Assembly (NCBI GenBank): GCA_963633165.1
Contig: CAVGXP010000021.1
Location: 1,496-65,495, forward strand
Direction: 5' to 3'
Length of the DNA: 64,000 nucleotides
DNA from: a bacterium
Lineage (GTDB): Bacteria > Bacillota_I > Bacilli_A > RFN20 > CAG-826
The translations under genes were made by a program, and so were the position numbers. Shown here in pieces: positions 7,619 through 16,467 of this stretch; the stretch's first letter is position 1; each line of letters begins with the position of its first letter. The notes beneath the pieces are model-generated. The model saw only the letters and a list, made by a program, of their open reading frames with translations, ran no database searches and was not told where the DNA came from.

Positions 7619-10498
7619 TCAGGAATTGCGAGAAAGGTTCATCGCTAGACTTTGCCTTGCTCCTTTTAAGGCGGAGAAAACGGAAGAAAGCACGCAGCAA
7701 AGGAGAATCATCCCAAGGCAAGCGAGCACGCTCCAGAAATTTAAAGAGAAGAACCTCAAGGACGTGGCCACGCCTTTTAGAAATACCGAATTGAGCAGCC
7801 CGGAGAATAACGCACCTAAGATAGAAGACAAAATAAACCCGATCAGCCCGAAAACAAAAGACTGAGCGAACAAGGCCAAGAAAACATCTTTCTTGCTTTC
7901 TCCAAGACATCTTCTCAAAGCCATTTCCTTGGCCCTTTCCCCACTGACTTGCTTAAGCATCAACGCAAGAAGAGCGACGCTTAGAAGCGAGAAAGAACCG
8001 CCAAGCAAGCCAGACAGCAAGGCGAAATTGCTAAAAACGTAGTCTCCGAAATACTCATATGAGGTCAATGCCGGGGCAGACAAACAATAATGGCCGAGCT
8101 CATTATTGAATCCCGAAACGTATCGAGAAACCTGGTTTTTGCTATGGGTATTTTTGACCAACAAAAAGCGAATCGGGCCGGAATCACCAAGAAAATGTTT
8201 TAAGTCATCGATCAAATAAGATGAGACGTGCATGGTTTTATCGTCGACGAGATTCAGCCCCGAAATAGAAACGCTTCTGGAAAGGTTGTCCTCGTCCCTT
8301 GTTGATCTAGCAAAATCGAGGTTTATTTGTTTGTTTGAAAACCCTTCCTTTTCAAGAAGCGAATCTATGAATTCTTTGGTAATCTGCAAGCCAGACGCTT
8401 CTCCGAATTCATTATGGGTATATCCGCCTTCCCGAATATTGAAGCTGCTTGCGCCGTTAAGATGCATTTCAGGCGTAGACAAATACCATACATACAGGCT
8501 CTTTAAGTATCCTTGAGCCTTAACGTTACCCGAATCAAAATCAGGAATCTCTCTTTTCAAAGTTTTGGAAGCATCCTCATATTGTTCTTTTGCAAAAGTC
8601 AGAAAAGAAGAATAGGCTTCTCCATCCGGCAGCCCGTTTTTGGAAACGTAATTCCCCACGGCCAAAAGCGATAGATTCGAAGCCTTTGCCGGTAAATAAT
8701 CAGCGAAGAGAAATGATGAGTCAAAGTAACGATTCTCGGAAGAGATTTCATTGAAATCGGAATAAAAGGACAAACAAGAGACGTAATCCTTCGTTTCGAT
8801 CCCCTCCAACATGAGATCTTGTCCTCCATAAACGGTTCCGAATAGCCCCAACGGAACCGCGCAGCCATCTTCGGCGAAACAAGCCAAAGATGAATTGGCA
8901 AGATCGAGTCGGCGAAGAGACCTCACGCCCGTGTTCTTAGAATCGAACAAACACGTTTGAAGATCGCCAAATGCAACATAATTCGTTGAGGCTCCAAAAT
9001 TTTCTGAAATGACGTCTTCGGAAACGAATAAAAGCGAATAAGGTGAAAACGTGGATTCCTGCGAAAGGATTGATTTTGAAATTTCGGTGGAGAAAGAACC
9101 CGTATTGGAAATGTTATACGACGATCTATCAAAGCCAGTTTCAAGAACACCGCTTATGTTCAAGCGAATGGTCTTTTGATTAATGCGTGCATCAATTTTC
9201 GGAGAAAAAGAAAGGAACGTTGACGGAGAAGTGATTTCAACAGAACTATAACGATGCCCATCCGCCCCGATGAACCCATATTTGGCGAACAGGGAATATT
9301 GAACATCGGAAATCAGACATTCGTTTTCCTTTGGATAAGCGCCAGAAAGCAAAGTCAACCCAAGAGGGGTCAAAGCCGCCTCGCTTCCAGCGGCGATTCC
9401 ACTTGTCTTCGTCGCAAAAAGAGTGTCAACCCAATCGTTCCTCCAAGAAGTCTCCGCTATGTAATCGCTGGGGATATAGGGTGAAGAGTACCCATAGCCA
9501 AGCCCAAGAGAATACTGATAAACAGGCAAATAGGATTCGTCGGTTATACCCGCGACTTCATCCGGAAACATATTGTTAGGAGAATACGCATTCGCAAATT
9601 GGCTTTTTTTAATAACAAATGAAGGGGAAGAGGAGGAAGCAACCGACGAAGCTACTAAAGCGGATCCGTTCTTCGTAACCACGCTTAGAAGAGGAATCAA
9701 AGCCCCAAACCCAAACCCCAACATCAAGGCCGAGAAAAAACTCCTCACAGGGTGGGAAGAAAAACAATGGAGCAACATCTTAAGATTGAGACGGTTCTTA
9801 ATATTGTCTCCTTCCGCCAATAAAGCAGGCGCTTCTTCGTTTTGTTGCTCTTTTGTTTCGTCTTTTACAACTTTTCCGCCTTTTAATTCGATAACCCTAT
9901 CGGCAAAATCGCCGGCCAACGTTTTATTGTGCGTAACAACAATCACCAAACGTGATGAGGAGAGAGATTTAAGAAGCGAAAATACGGACTCCGCCGCGCC
10001 TTCATCTAGAGAACCCGTCGGTTCATCACAAAGCAAAAGCGGAGACCCACGGTACAGAGCCCTGGCTAAAGCCGCTCTTTGGGCTTGCCCGCCGGAAAGC
10101 GTTGATGCTTTTCTATCTATTTCGTTTTTTATGCCAAGACGTTCGCAAATGGTCTCGACTTTTTTCGGCGAGACGAATTTGCTACAAAGGGTTATATTCT
10201 CCCTCACCGTCAAATCAGGAAGAAGATTCGCCTGCTGAAAGCAAAAAGAAACAGCGTCCTTCCGATAATCATCAAGTTCAGAGCCCAAAGGCAAAGGCCC
10301 ACCCTCAAAAACGATTTCGCCTGAATCCGGATAATCCAATCCACCAAGAAGATTAAGCAACGTGGATTTTCCACACCCCGATTCGCCTATGATAGCCACT
10401 AATCCTGTGCCGGGGAAAGAAAAAGAGACATCATCTAAAGCAACGACGAAATCATCGCCGTTTTTATATCTTTTCGTTAAATGGCTGCAATTGATCAT
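7619..10498 (-). CDS. MacB-type fused ABC transporter (N-terminal ATPase, TM1, about 550-aa extracytoplasmic domain, C-terminal FtsX 3-TM module)
   Basis: Walker A GESGCGKST, signature LSGGQAQR, Walker B LLLCDEPT. Hydrophobic segment near aa 250-275. C-terminal FtsX-like region with 3 TM helices. Confidence 0.85.
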   Translation of the reverse strand: MINCSHLTKRYKNGDDFVVALDDVSFSFPGTGLVAIIGESGCGKSTLLNLLGGLDYPDSGEIVFEGGPLPLGSELDDYRKDAVSFCFQQANLLPDLTVRENITLCSKFVSPKKVETICERLGIKNEIDRKASTLSGGQAQRAALARALYRGSPLLLCDEPTGSLDEGAAESVFSLLKSLSSSRLVIVVTHNKTLAGDFADRVIELKGGKVVKDETKEQQNEEAPALLAEGDNIKNRLNLKMLLHCFSSHPVRSFFSALMLGFGFGALIPLLSVVTKNGSALVASSVASSSSPSFVIKKSQFANAYSPNNMFPDEVAGITDESYLPVYQYSLGLGYGYSSPYIPSDYIAETSWRNDWVDTLFATKTSGIAAGSEAALTPLGLTLLSGAYPKENECLISDVQYSLFAKYGFIGADGHRYSSVEITSPSTFLSFSPKIDARINQKTIRLNISGVLETGFDRSSYNISNTGSFSTEISKSILSQESTFSPYSLLFVSEDVISENFGASTNYVAFGDLQTCLFDSKNTGVRSLRRLDLANSSLACFAEDGCAVPLGLFGTVYGGQDLMLEGIETKDYVSCLSFYSDFNEISSENRYFDSSFLFADYLPAKASNLSLLAVGNYVSKNGLPDGEAYSSFLTFAKEQYEDASKTLKREIPDFDSGNVKAQGYLKSLYVWYLSTPEMHLNGASSFNIREGGYTHNEFGEASGLQITKEFIDSLLEKEGFSNKQINLDFARSTRDEDNLSRSVSISGLNLVDDKTMHVSSYLIDDLKHFLGDSGPIRFLLVKNTHSKNQVSRYVSGFNNELGHYCLSAPALTSYEYFGDYVFSNFALLSGLLGGSFSLLSVALLALMLKQVSGERAKEMALRRCLGESKKDVFLALFAQSFVFGLIGFILSSILGALFSGLLNSVFLKGVATSLRFFSLNFWSVLACLGMILLCCVLSSVFSALKGARQSLAMNLSRNS

Positions 10499-10594
10499 TA
10501 GTCCTCAGGAGCATCCGCCATAACAATGATTAAATCACACGGAATCCGAACGTTCAATTGACAAAGTGCATCATTTGTCTAAATCCAAGCCATT

Positions 10595-10622
10595 AGAAAA
10601 GGCGCGTCGATGATGACGCGCC
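10595..10622 (-). terminator. intrinsic terminator after the ABC exporter pair
   Basis: GGCGCGTC (10601-10608) / GACGCGCC (10615-10622). On the minus strand it is followed by TTTTCT. Confidence 0.7.
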
Positions 10623-10629
10623 TAAGGGT

Positions 10630-12603
10630 TTACTCCGCTGCGGTGACTTGGCCACCGGTATAGAGCTGGTAGTATTTGCCTTTCTCTTCAAGCAATTGAT
10701 CGTGTCCGCCGCGTTCAATGATGCATCCTTTCTCAAGGACCATGATGACGTCGGAATTCTGAATTGTGGAGAGACGGTGAGCGATGACGAAGACGGTTCT
10801 TCCTTTCATGATGGCGTCCATTCCCTGCTGCACCAATTTCTCGGTGCGAGAGTCGATGGAGGAAGTCGCTTCATCAAGGATAAGGACAGGCGGATTAGCG
10901 CAAGCCGCGCGGGCAATGGAGATCAATTGTCTCTGCCCTTGTGATAACCCCGCCCCGGCTCCGGTCAAGACGGTGTCATAGCCTTGGGGGAGCATGGTGA
11001 TGAAGTTGTCGGCGTTGGCTAGCTTTGCCGCCTGCACCACTTCCTCGTCGCTAGCCTCCGGATTGCCATAGCGGATGTTGTCTTTGACGGTGCCCGTGAA
11101 GAGGTTGGTTTCCTGCAAGACCATGCCCATGGCCCTGCGGAGGTCCTTCTTTTTGATTTTGTTGATGTTGATGTCGTCGAAGCGGATCTTGCCGTCGGCG
11201 ATGTCATAGAACCTGTTGAGCAAGTTGGTGATGGTCGTCTTACCAGCCCCGGTAGGACCGACGAAGGCGACTTTCTGGCCAGGTTCGGCGTAGAGGGTGA
11301 TGTTATGGAGGATGGGTTTCTCAGGGACGTAAGAGAAATCGACGTCGTACATATTGATCTTCCCTTTAAGCCAAGTGTAGGTGACGCTGCTATCGGCGGT
11401 ATGGGGATGTTTCCAAGCCCATTTGCCAGTGCGGTGATCAGCTTCGACGGGGTTGCCGTTTTCATCTTCTTCGGCATTGACCAAAGTGACGTATCCATCA
11501 TCGACTTCGCTAGGTTCGTCGATGAGGGCGAAGATCCTCTCCCCGCCGGCAAGGGCCATGTTGATCATGTTGATCTGGTTGGCCAACTGGGCGATAGGCA
11601 TGGTGAATTGCTTACCTAGGGTCAAGAAGGAGACGATGATGCCGATTTGGGCGCCAACGGTAGCGTCGGCTTGGTAAGAGAGGTTGAGGCCGCAGGCGAT
11701 CGAAATACCGCCGATCAAAGCCAACACGACGTATTGGAGGTTGGCCAGATTGTTGGTGATCGGACCAAGGATGTTGGAGAACTGGCCGGCTTTGGTCGTA
11801 TAGAGGCAAAGCGCATCGTTAAGCTCGTCGAAACCGGCTTTGGCCTGATTCTCATGGTTGAAGACCTTGATGACCTTCTGCCCGGAGATCATTTCCTCGA
11901 TGTAGCCATCCGCCGCGCCAAGCGCCCTTTGTTGGGCGACGAAGAAATGCGCGGATTGATGGGAAACATAGAGCACAACGGTCAAGATGATGACAAAGAA
12001 GGCCAAAACGACAAGAGTGAGAACCCAAGAAGAGCTCAGCATCGCGATGAGGGCGATGACCATCGTCACGATGGATTGAACGACCATGGGAAGAACGCGG
12101 CTAGTGAATTCCCTCAAGGTGTCGATGTCGTTGGTGTAGATCGACATGATGTCCCCGTGGGTACGGGTATCGAAGTAAGAAAGAGGGAGGGTCTCCATAT
12201 GGGCGAAGACCTCGTCGCGGAACTTCTTTTGGAACCCCTGCCCGATCACGGAGACCATGATCTGATAGAGATAAGAAGAGAGGATTCCGACAGCATATAC
12301 CCCAACCATGACCAGCATTGCCTGATCAAGGGAGAGGGAATTGAAGATGGCTCCATATACCCCGGTCAAAGGCTCGGAATGACCAAGGAGTTCAGGAACG
12401 TAATGGCCGATGATAATCTGGCCGACGAAGACGTTGCCAATAACCCCCGCGGCGGAGGAAAGGATGATGACCAATCCCGCCAAAGGGAGCTGCCATGGGT
12501 ATTGCTTGAACATCAATTTGAGCAAACGCCCCATGATTTTGGCTTCTTGTTTGGGGCTAAGGCGCTTAGCGCGGTTGCCCGGCATTGGTTTTTTATTGCT
12601 CAT
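10630..12603 (-). CDS. ABC exporter, fused permease/ATPase half-transporter (MsbA/multidrug type), subunit B
   Basis: 6-TM domain plus NBD (GPTGAGKTT, LSQGQRQL, LILDEATS). Start moved to the ATG at 12603, which has GGAGGAGGT 7 nt upstream; the ORF-track start at 12633 lacks an RBS. Confidence 0.9.
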   Translation of the reverse strand: MSNKKPMPGNRAKRLSPKQEAKIMGRLLKLMFKQYPWQLPLAGLVIILSSAAGVIGNVFVGQIIIGHYVPELLGHSEPLTGVYGAIFNSLSLDQAMLVMVGVYAVGILSSYLYQIMVSVIGQGFQKKFRDEVFAHMETLPLSYFDTRTHGDIMSIYTNDIDTLREFTSRVLPMVVQSIVTMVIALIAMLSSSWVLTLVVLAFFVIILTVVLYVSHQSAHFFVAQQRALGAADGYIEEMISGQKVIKVFNHENQAKAGFDELNDALCLYTTKAGQFSNILGPITNNLANLQYVVLALIGGISIACGLNLSYQADATVGAQIGIIVSFLTLGKQFTMPIAQLANQINMINMALAGGERIFALIDEPSEVDDGYVTLVNAEEDENGNPVEADHRTGKWAWKHPHTADSSVTYTWLKGKINMYDVDFSYVPEKPILHNITLYAEPGQKVAFVGPTGAGKTTITNLLNRFYDIADGKIRFDDININKIKKKDLRRAMGMVLQETNLFTGTVKDNIRYGNPEASDEEVVQAAKLANADNFITMLPQGYDTVLTGAGAGLSQGQRQLISIARAACANPPVLILDEATSSIDSRTEKLVQQGMDAIMKGRTVFVIAHRLSTIQNSDVIMVLEKGCIIERGGHDQLLEEKGKYYQLYTGGQVTAAE

Positions 12604-14437
12604 CGAAATCACCTCCTCCCATTTGGGTCTCATAGATTTCGCGGTACACCGGCGAGGACTTCATCAGCTCATCATTGGTGCCTTGGGCGAGGATTTTGCC
12701 ATCGTCCATCAAAAGGATGACGTCGCAGTCTTTGATGGAGAGGATCCTTTGGGCGATGATGAATTTGGTGACGTCGGGAATCTCGGTGTTGAAGCTGTTG
12801 CGGATGATGGCGTCGGTGTGGGTATCCACGGCCGAGGTCGAATCATCGAGAATAAGAATCTTGGGGTTCTTAAGCAAAGCCCTGGCGATGCAAAGCCTCT
12901 GCTTCTGCCCGCCAGAGACGTTGGTTCCGCCTTCATCGATAGGCGTGTCATATCCTTTGGGGAAGGTGGAGATGAATTCGTCTGCGCAGGCAAGGTGGCA
13001 GGCTTTTTGAATCTGCTCGTCGGTGGCGTTCTCGTTGCCCCAAAGCAAATTGCTCTTGATGGTTCCGGAGAAAAGGACGTTCTTCTGCAAGACGACGGAG
13101 ACGGCATCACGGAGAGAGACGAGGTCGTAGTCTTTGACGTTGACCCCGCCGACTTTAACCTCGCCCTCGGTGGCATCGTAAAGCCTGGCGACGAGGGAAA
13201 TCAGAGTCGATTTGGCGCTGCCGGTAACGCCAAGAATACCAACGGTCGACCCACTTTTAATATGAAGATCGATGTCGTGGAGGGTGTCTTTGGAGGCGGA
13301 GGCGGAATAACGGAAATTGACGTGGCAGAAATCCACGGACCCGTCTTTGACCTCGGTGATGGCGTTCTCAGGGGAGACGATGTCGGGTTTCTCCACGACG
13401 ACTTCAGTAACGCGCTCAGCGGAGTTCTTGGAGATGATGATCATGACGAAGGACATGGAGACCATCATCAAGGAGTTGAGGATCATCATGATGTAAGAAA
13501 GCAAAGAGGTCAAAGTGCCGGCGTTGAAGCCATCGGGATCGTTGCCGGAAGCCTGGATGGCCTTGGCCCCGAAATAGGAGACCAGAAGCATCGCGGTGTA
13601 AACGGAAAGCTGCATCGCGGGGTTATTGAGAGCGAGAAGCTTTTCGGCGTGGATGAAGTTCTTATAGATGAAATAGGAGATCCCGCCGAATTTCTGGGAT
13701 TCGAAATCCTCCCTGCCGAAGGATTTGACGACGCGAATGCCGTTGAGGTTCTCCTGAACGACGCCATTGAGGTCGTCATAGGCGTTGAAGACGCGGACGA
13801 AGGTCGGGTGGACAACGATGGAAATGGCAAACAGCACGGCGGCGAGGAAAGGCAACACGGCGAGGATGATCATCGATAGCTGCCAAGATTTTACGCAAGC
13901 CATGATGAAGGCGAAGATCAGCATAAACGGAGCGCGGACGACCATGCGAAGGATCATCTGCACAGAGTTCTGGATGTTGGTGACGTCGGTGGTCAAACGG
14001 GTGACCAAAGACGCGGTGGAAAACTTATCGATGTTGGCGAAGGAATAATCCTGGATGTGATAGTACATCACTTTGCGGAGGTTCCTGCCAAATCCGGCAG
14101 AGGCTTTGGCGGCAACGTAGCCCGCTAAAATGCCGAAGATACAGCTAGCGACGGCCATGCCCATCATCAAAAGGGCCCAAAGCCAGACTTGAGATAAATC
14201 GATGGGGGTAGCTTCAATGGAGTTTACAAGGTACTCCGAGAAGAACGGGATCAAGACTTCGCAAACGACCTCTAGCGCAACGAAAACCCAAGCGAGAACG
14301 ACGGAGACCCAATATCCCTTCATATACGCTAGAAGCGAACGAAAAATATGAAGGCTCTTGCTGTTTTTGATCGTTTCGTCGTTACGTTTGCTAATGTCTT
14401 GAATAATGCGCTCTTCTTGTGGATTCAAGGCGCTCAT
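12593..14437 (-). CDS. ABC exporter, fused permease/ATPase half-transporter, subunit A
   Basis: 6-TM domain plus NBD (GVTGSAKST, VSGGQKQR, LILDDSTS). ATGA overlap with the MarR gene. Confidence 0.9.
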   Translation of the reverse strand: MSALNPQEERIIQDISKRNDETIKNSKSLHIFRSLLAYMKGYWVSVVLAWVFVALEVVCEVLIPFFSEYLVNSIEATPIDLSQVWLWALLMMGMAVASCIFGILAGYVAAKASAGFGRNLRKVMYYHIQDYSFANIDKFSTASLVTRLTTDVTNIQNSVQMILRMVVRAPFMLIFAFIMACVKSWQLSMIILAVLPFLAAVLFAISIVVHPTFVRVFNAYDDLNGVVQENLNGIRVVKSFGREDFESQKFGGISYFIYKNFIHAEKLLALNNPAMQLSVYTAMLLVSYFGAKAIQASGNDPDGFNAGTLTSLLSYIMMILNSLMMVSMSFVMIIISKNSAERVTEVVVEKPDIVSPENAITEVKDGSVDFCHVNFRYSASASKDTLHDIDLHIKSGSTVGILGVTGSAKSTLISLVARLYDATEGEVKVGGVNVKDYDLVSLRDAVSVVLQKNVLFSGTIKSNLLWGNENATDEQIQKACHLACADEFISTFPKGYDTPIDEGGTNVSGGQKQRLCIARALLKNPKILILDDSTSAVDTHTDAIIRNSFNTEIPDVTKFIIAQRILSIKDCDVILLMDDGKILAQGTNDELMKSSPVYREIYETQMGGGDFDEQ

Positions 14438-14880
14438 TCTTTCTCCTTCTCCTCGATGGCGGCCATCAACTTCTCACAAGCGGAATCGAAAGCCTCTTGC
14501 TCAGAAGGGGTGAGAACGTTATCGAGGATCGCGTCGAATTCGGCGATGATCGGGGCGGCATTCTTCTCATGCTCAATGCCCTTATCGGCCAAGACAATGC
14601 CTTTTTTGCGCGCGTCTTTCTTATATCTCTCGAAATAGATGAAGCCTTTCCTCTCCAAGGAAGAAAGGGTTTCGGAGACGGTGGATTTCTTCAATTGGAA
14701 ATGCTTGACCAAGTCGCTGGAGATGACCCCTTCTTCTTGATGGTCGCCGATGAAGCCAAGGAAACGGCCTTCGACACGGGTGACGCCACTAGGCATCCTG
14801 CAATCGTATTTGGAACGGAACAGACCCCTTAGGGCATTACCCATTCCTTTGATTTTTCTGACGTTGTTGTCTTTTTCCAT
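14434..14880 (-). CDS. MarR-family transcriptional regulator
   Basis: Winged-helix MarR pattern (..LVKHFQLKKSTVSETLSSLERKGFI..). Start set to the ATG at 14880 (MEKDNN...), which has AGGAGG upstream. First gene of the exporter operon. Confidence 0.8.
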   Translation of the reverse strand: MEKDNNVRKIKGMGNALRGLFRSKYDCRMPSGVTRVEGRFLGFIGDHQEEGVISSDLVKHFQLKKSTVSETLSSLERKGFIYFERYKKDARKKGIVLADKGIEHEKNAAPIIAEFDAILDNVLTPSEQEAFDSACEKLMAAIEEKEKE

Positions 14881-14947
14881 AATTCCTCCTTTGTTAGGTG
14901 CCGAACTATTGTGAAGGAAAAAAGACATTAGTCAAGAGGTTTTAAAA

Positions 14948-15448
14948 CTAAATTATCGCCGCTTTATACACTTTGATTAAACCGTCAAAACTAACGGTTG
15001 CGTTGGCTGGAGAAGTCGACGGCAAAACCTCGAAGGGAACGGACCATTTTTCTTTTTGTCCTAGTTCATAAAACCGCCCAGCGGCCTTCCCGTTGCAGAG
15101 GACTTTCTTAATGTTTGCCGCCTTGAAAATCAAGCCCAGGTCGGCATAGATAAAATCTTTGATAGAAGCGTCGCTAGAACCCTTGACGCGGCAGCATTCC
15201 AAAGTGTCGTAAAGGGCCAGATGATGCTCAAAGCAAAAACGAATTCGCCCTTGCGTGTCTTTTGGGCATGGAGAATCAAACACCCTCGACATGACACCCC
15301 AGAACCGATTCCTTGGATTCCCGTAATAAAACCCTTCCTCGCGCGAGATGACCGAGGGGAAAGATCCGAGGATCAAAATCCTTGAATCTTTGTCGAAGAT
15401 GGGCGGAAAGCCATGCTGAAGCAGTTTTTCAGCATCCGCCACGGGCAA
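14948..15448 (-). CDS. DNA-deoxyinosine (hypoxanthine) glycosylase, uracil-DNA glycosylase superfamily
   Basis: ILILGSFPSVISREEGFYYGNPRNRFW and the C-terminal LPSTSPAN motif are typical of this family. 166 aa. Confidence 0.75.
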   Translation of the reverse strand: MPVADAEKLLQHGFPPIFDKDSRILILGSFPSVISREEGFYYGNPRNRFWGVMSRVFDSPCPKDTQGRIRFCFEHHLALYDTLECCRVKGSSDASIKDFIYADLGLIFKAANIKKVLCNGKAAGRFYELGQKEKWSVPFEVLPSTSPANATVSFDGLIKVYKAAII

Positions 15449-16403
15449 TCACCCCATTAAGCAGTTTTTCGACGTCTTCTTTGGTCTTGATGTTCATCGC
15501 GATTTCATTGCGGAGTTTCTTATATCCGGGGAAACCGGAGAAGAAATGGGGAAGGATGCCGCGGAGCTCCTTGACCGCGGTCGCCTCCCCTTTCAACGCA
15601 ATGAGCTTTGCGGCGTATTCTTTGGCGTATAAGGCCTGTTGAGGGGCGCTAGGATCATCCAAAAAGACGCCTTCGTCCAAAAGGGCGTTGATTTGCTTAA
15701 CTAGATAAGGATGGCCCACGCCTCCGCGAGCCACCATGACGGCGTCGGCGTGGGTGATATTAATGGCTTCCTGCGCTTTTTTGGCCGTGAAGATGTCCCC
15801 GGAAACGACAAGAGGAATGGATAATTCCTCCTTAAGCCCGGCGATGGCAGAATAATCCGCCTGCCCTGAATAGCCCTGGGAGCGCGTGCGGCAATGAACG
15901 GTGATCAAAGCGACCCCAGCGTCTTGAAGTTTATGGGCGACCTCGAAGACATTGATGCTCTTCTCATCCCATCCTAAGCGTATCTTGGCGGTGACGGGCT
16001 TAGATGAAGCCCCCACCACGCCTTTCATATAATGATATAACGCGTCGGGATCTTTTAACCATGCCGATCCAGCCCCTGTCTTGATGACTTTGGTCACGGG
16101 GCAGCCGAGGTTGATATCCAAAACATCGTATCCTCCATGGGCCTCGCAGATTTTGATGGCCGGGATGGTGTGTTCTAAACTGAAGCCGAAAAGTTGAATC
16201 CCTACCGGGGAATCAAGTTCCGAGGTTTGGAGGTATTCGTATGTTCTTTTGTTTTTGTAATCGAGGCCGCAGTCGGAAACCATTTCGGTATAGGAAAGCC
16301 CAACCCCAAAGCCTTTCATGAATTCGCGATACGCTAGGGTCGTCACCCCCGCCATGGGGCCAAGGACGACATGGCCTTTGATTTCGATGTTGCCGATTTT
16401 CAT
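15429..16403 (-). CDS. dusB: tRNA-dihydrouridine synthase
   Basis: LGPMAGVT, DINLGCP and TVHCRTR motifs. Start set to MKIGNIEI... (ATG at 16403). The ORF-track N-terminal 81 codons overlap ftsH and are basic low-complexity sequence. Confidence 0.85.
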   Translation of the reverse strand: MKIGNIEIKGHVVLGPMAGVTTLAYREFMKGFGVGLSYTEMVSDCGLDYKNKRTYEYLQTSELDSPVGIQLFGFSLEHTIPAIKICEAHGGYDVLDINLGCPVTKVIKTGAGSAWLKDPDALYHYMKGVVGASSKPVTAKIRLGWDEKSINVFEVAHKLQDAGVALITVHCRTRSQGYSGQADYSAIAGLKEELSIPLVVSGDIFTAKKAQEAINITHADAVMVARGGVGHPYLVKQINALLDEGVFLDDPSAPQQALYAKEYAAKLIALKGEATAVKELRGILPHFFSGFPGYKKLRNEIAMNIKTKEDVEKLLNGVIARGGC

Positions 16404-16467
16404 AGGACCTGTTTTACAGGAAAGCGGGCAAAGAAGAAAGCGCCAAGCTTTCGCCTGGCGCCATTTC

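Noticed and set aside
11647-13879. 357-aa and 489-aa plus-strand ORFs opposite the two ABC exporter genes
   Set aside because: These are antisense shadows of genes with complete Walker A, signature and Walker B motifs. Their products are D/G/H/E-rich low-complexity sequence.
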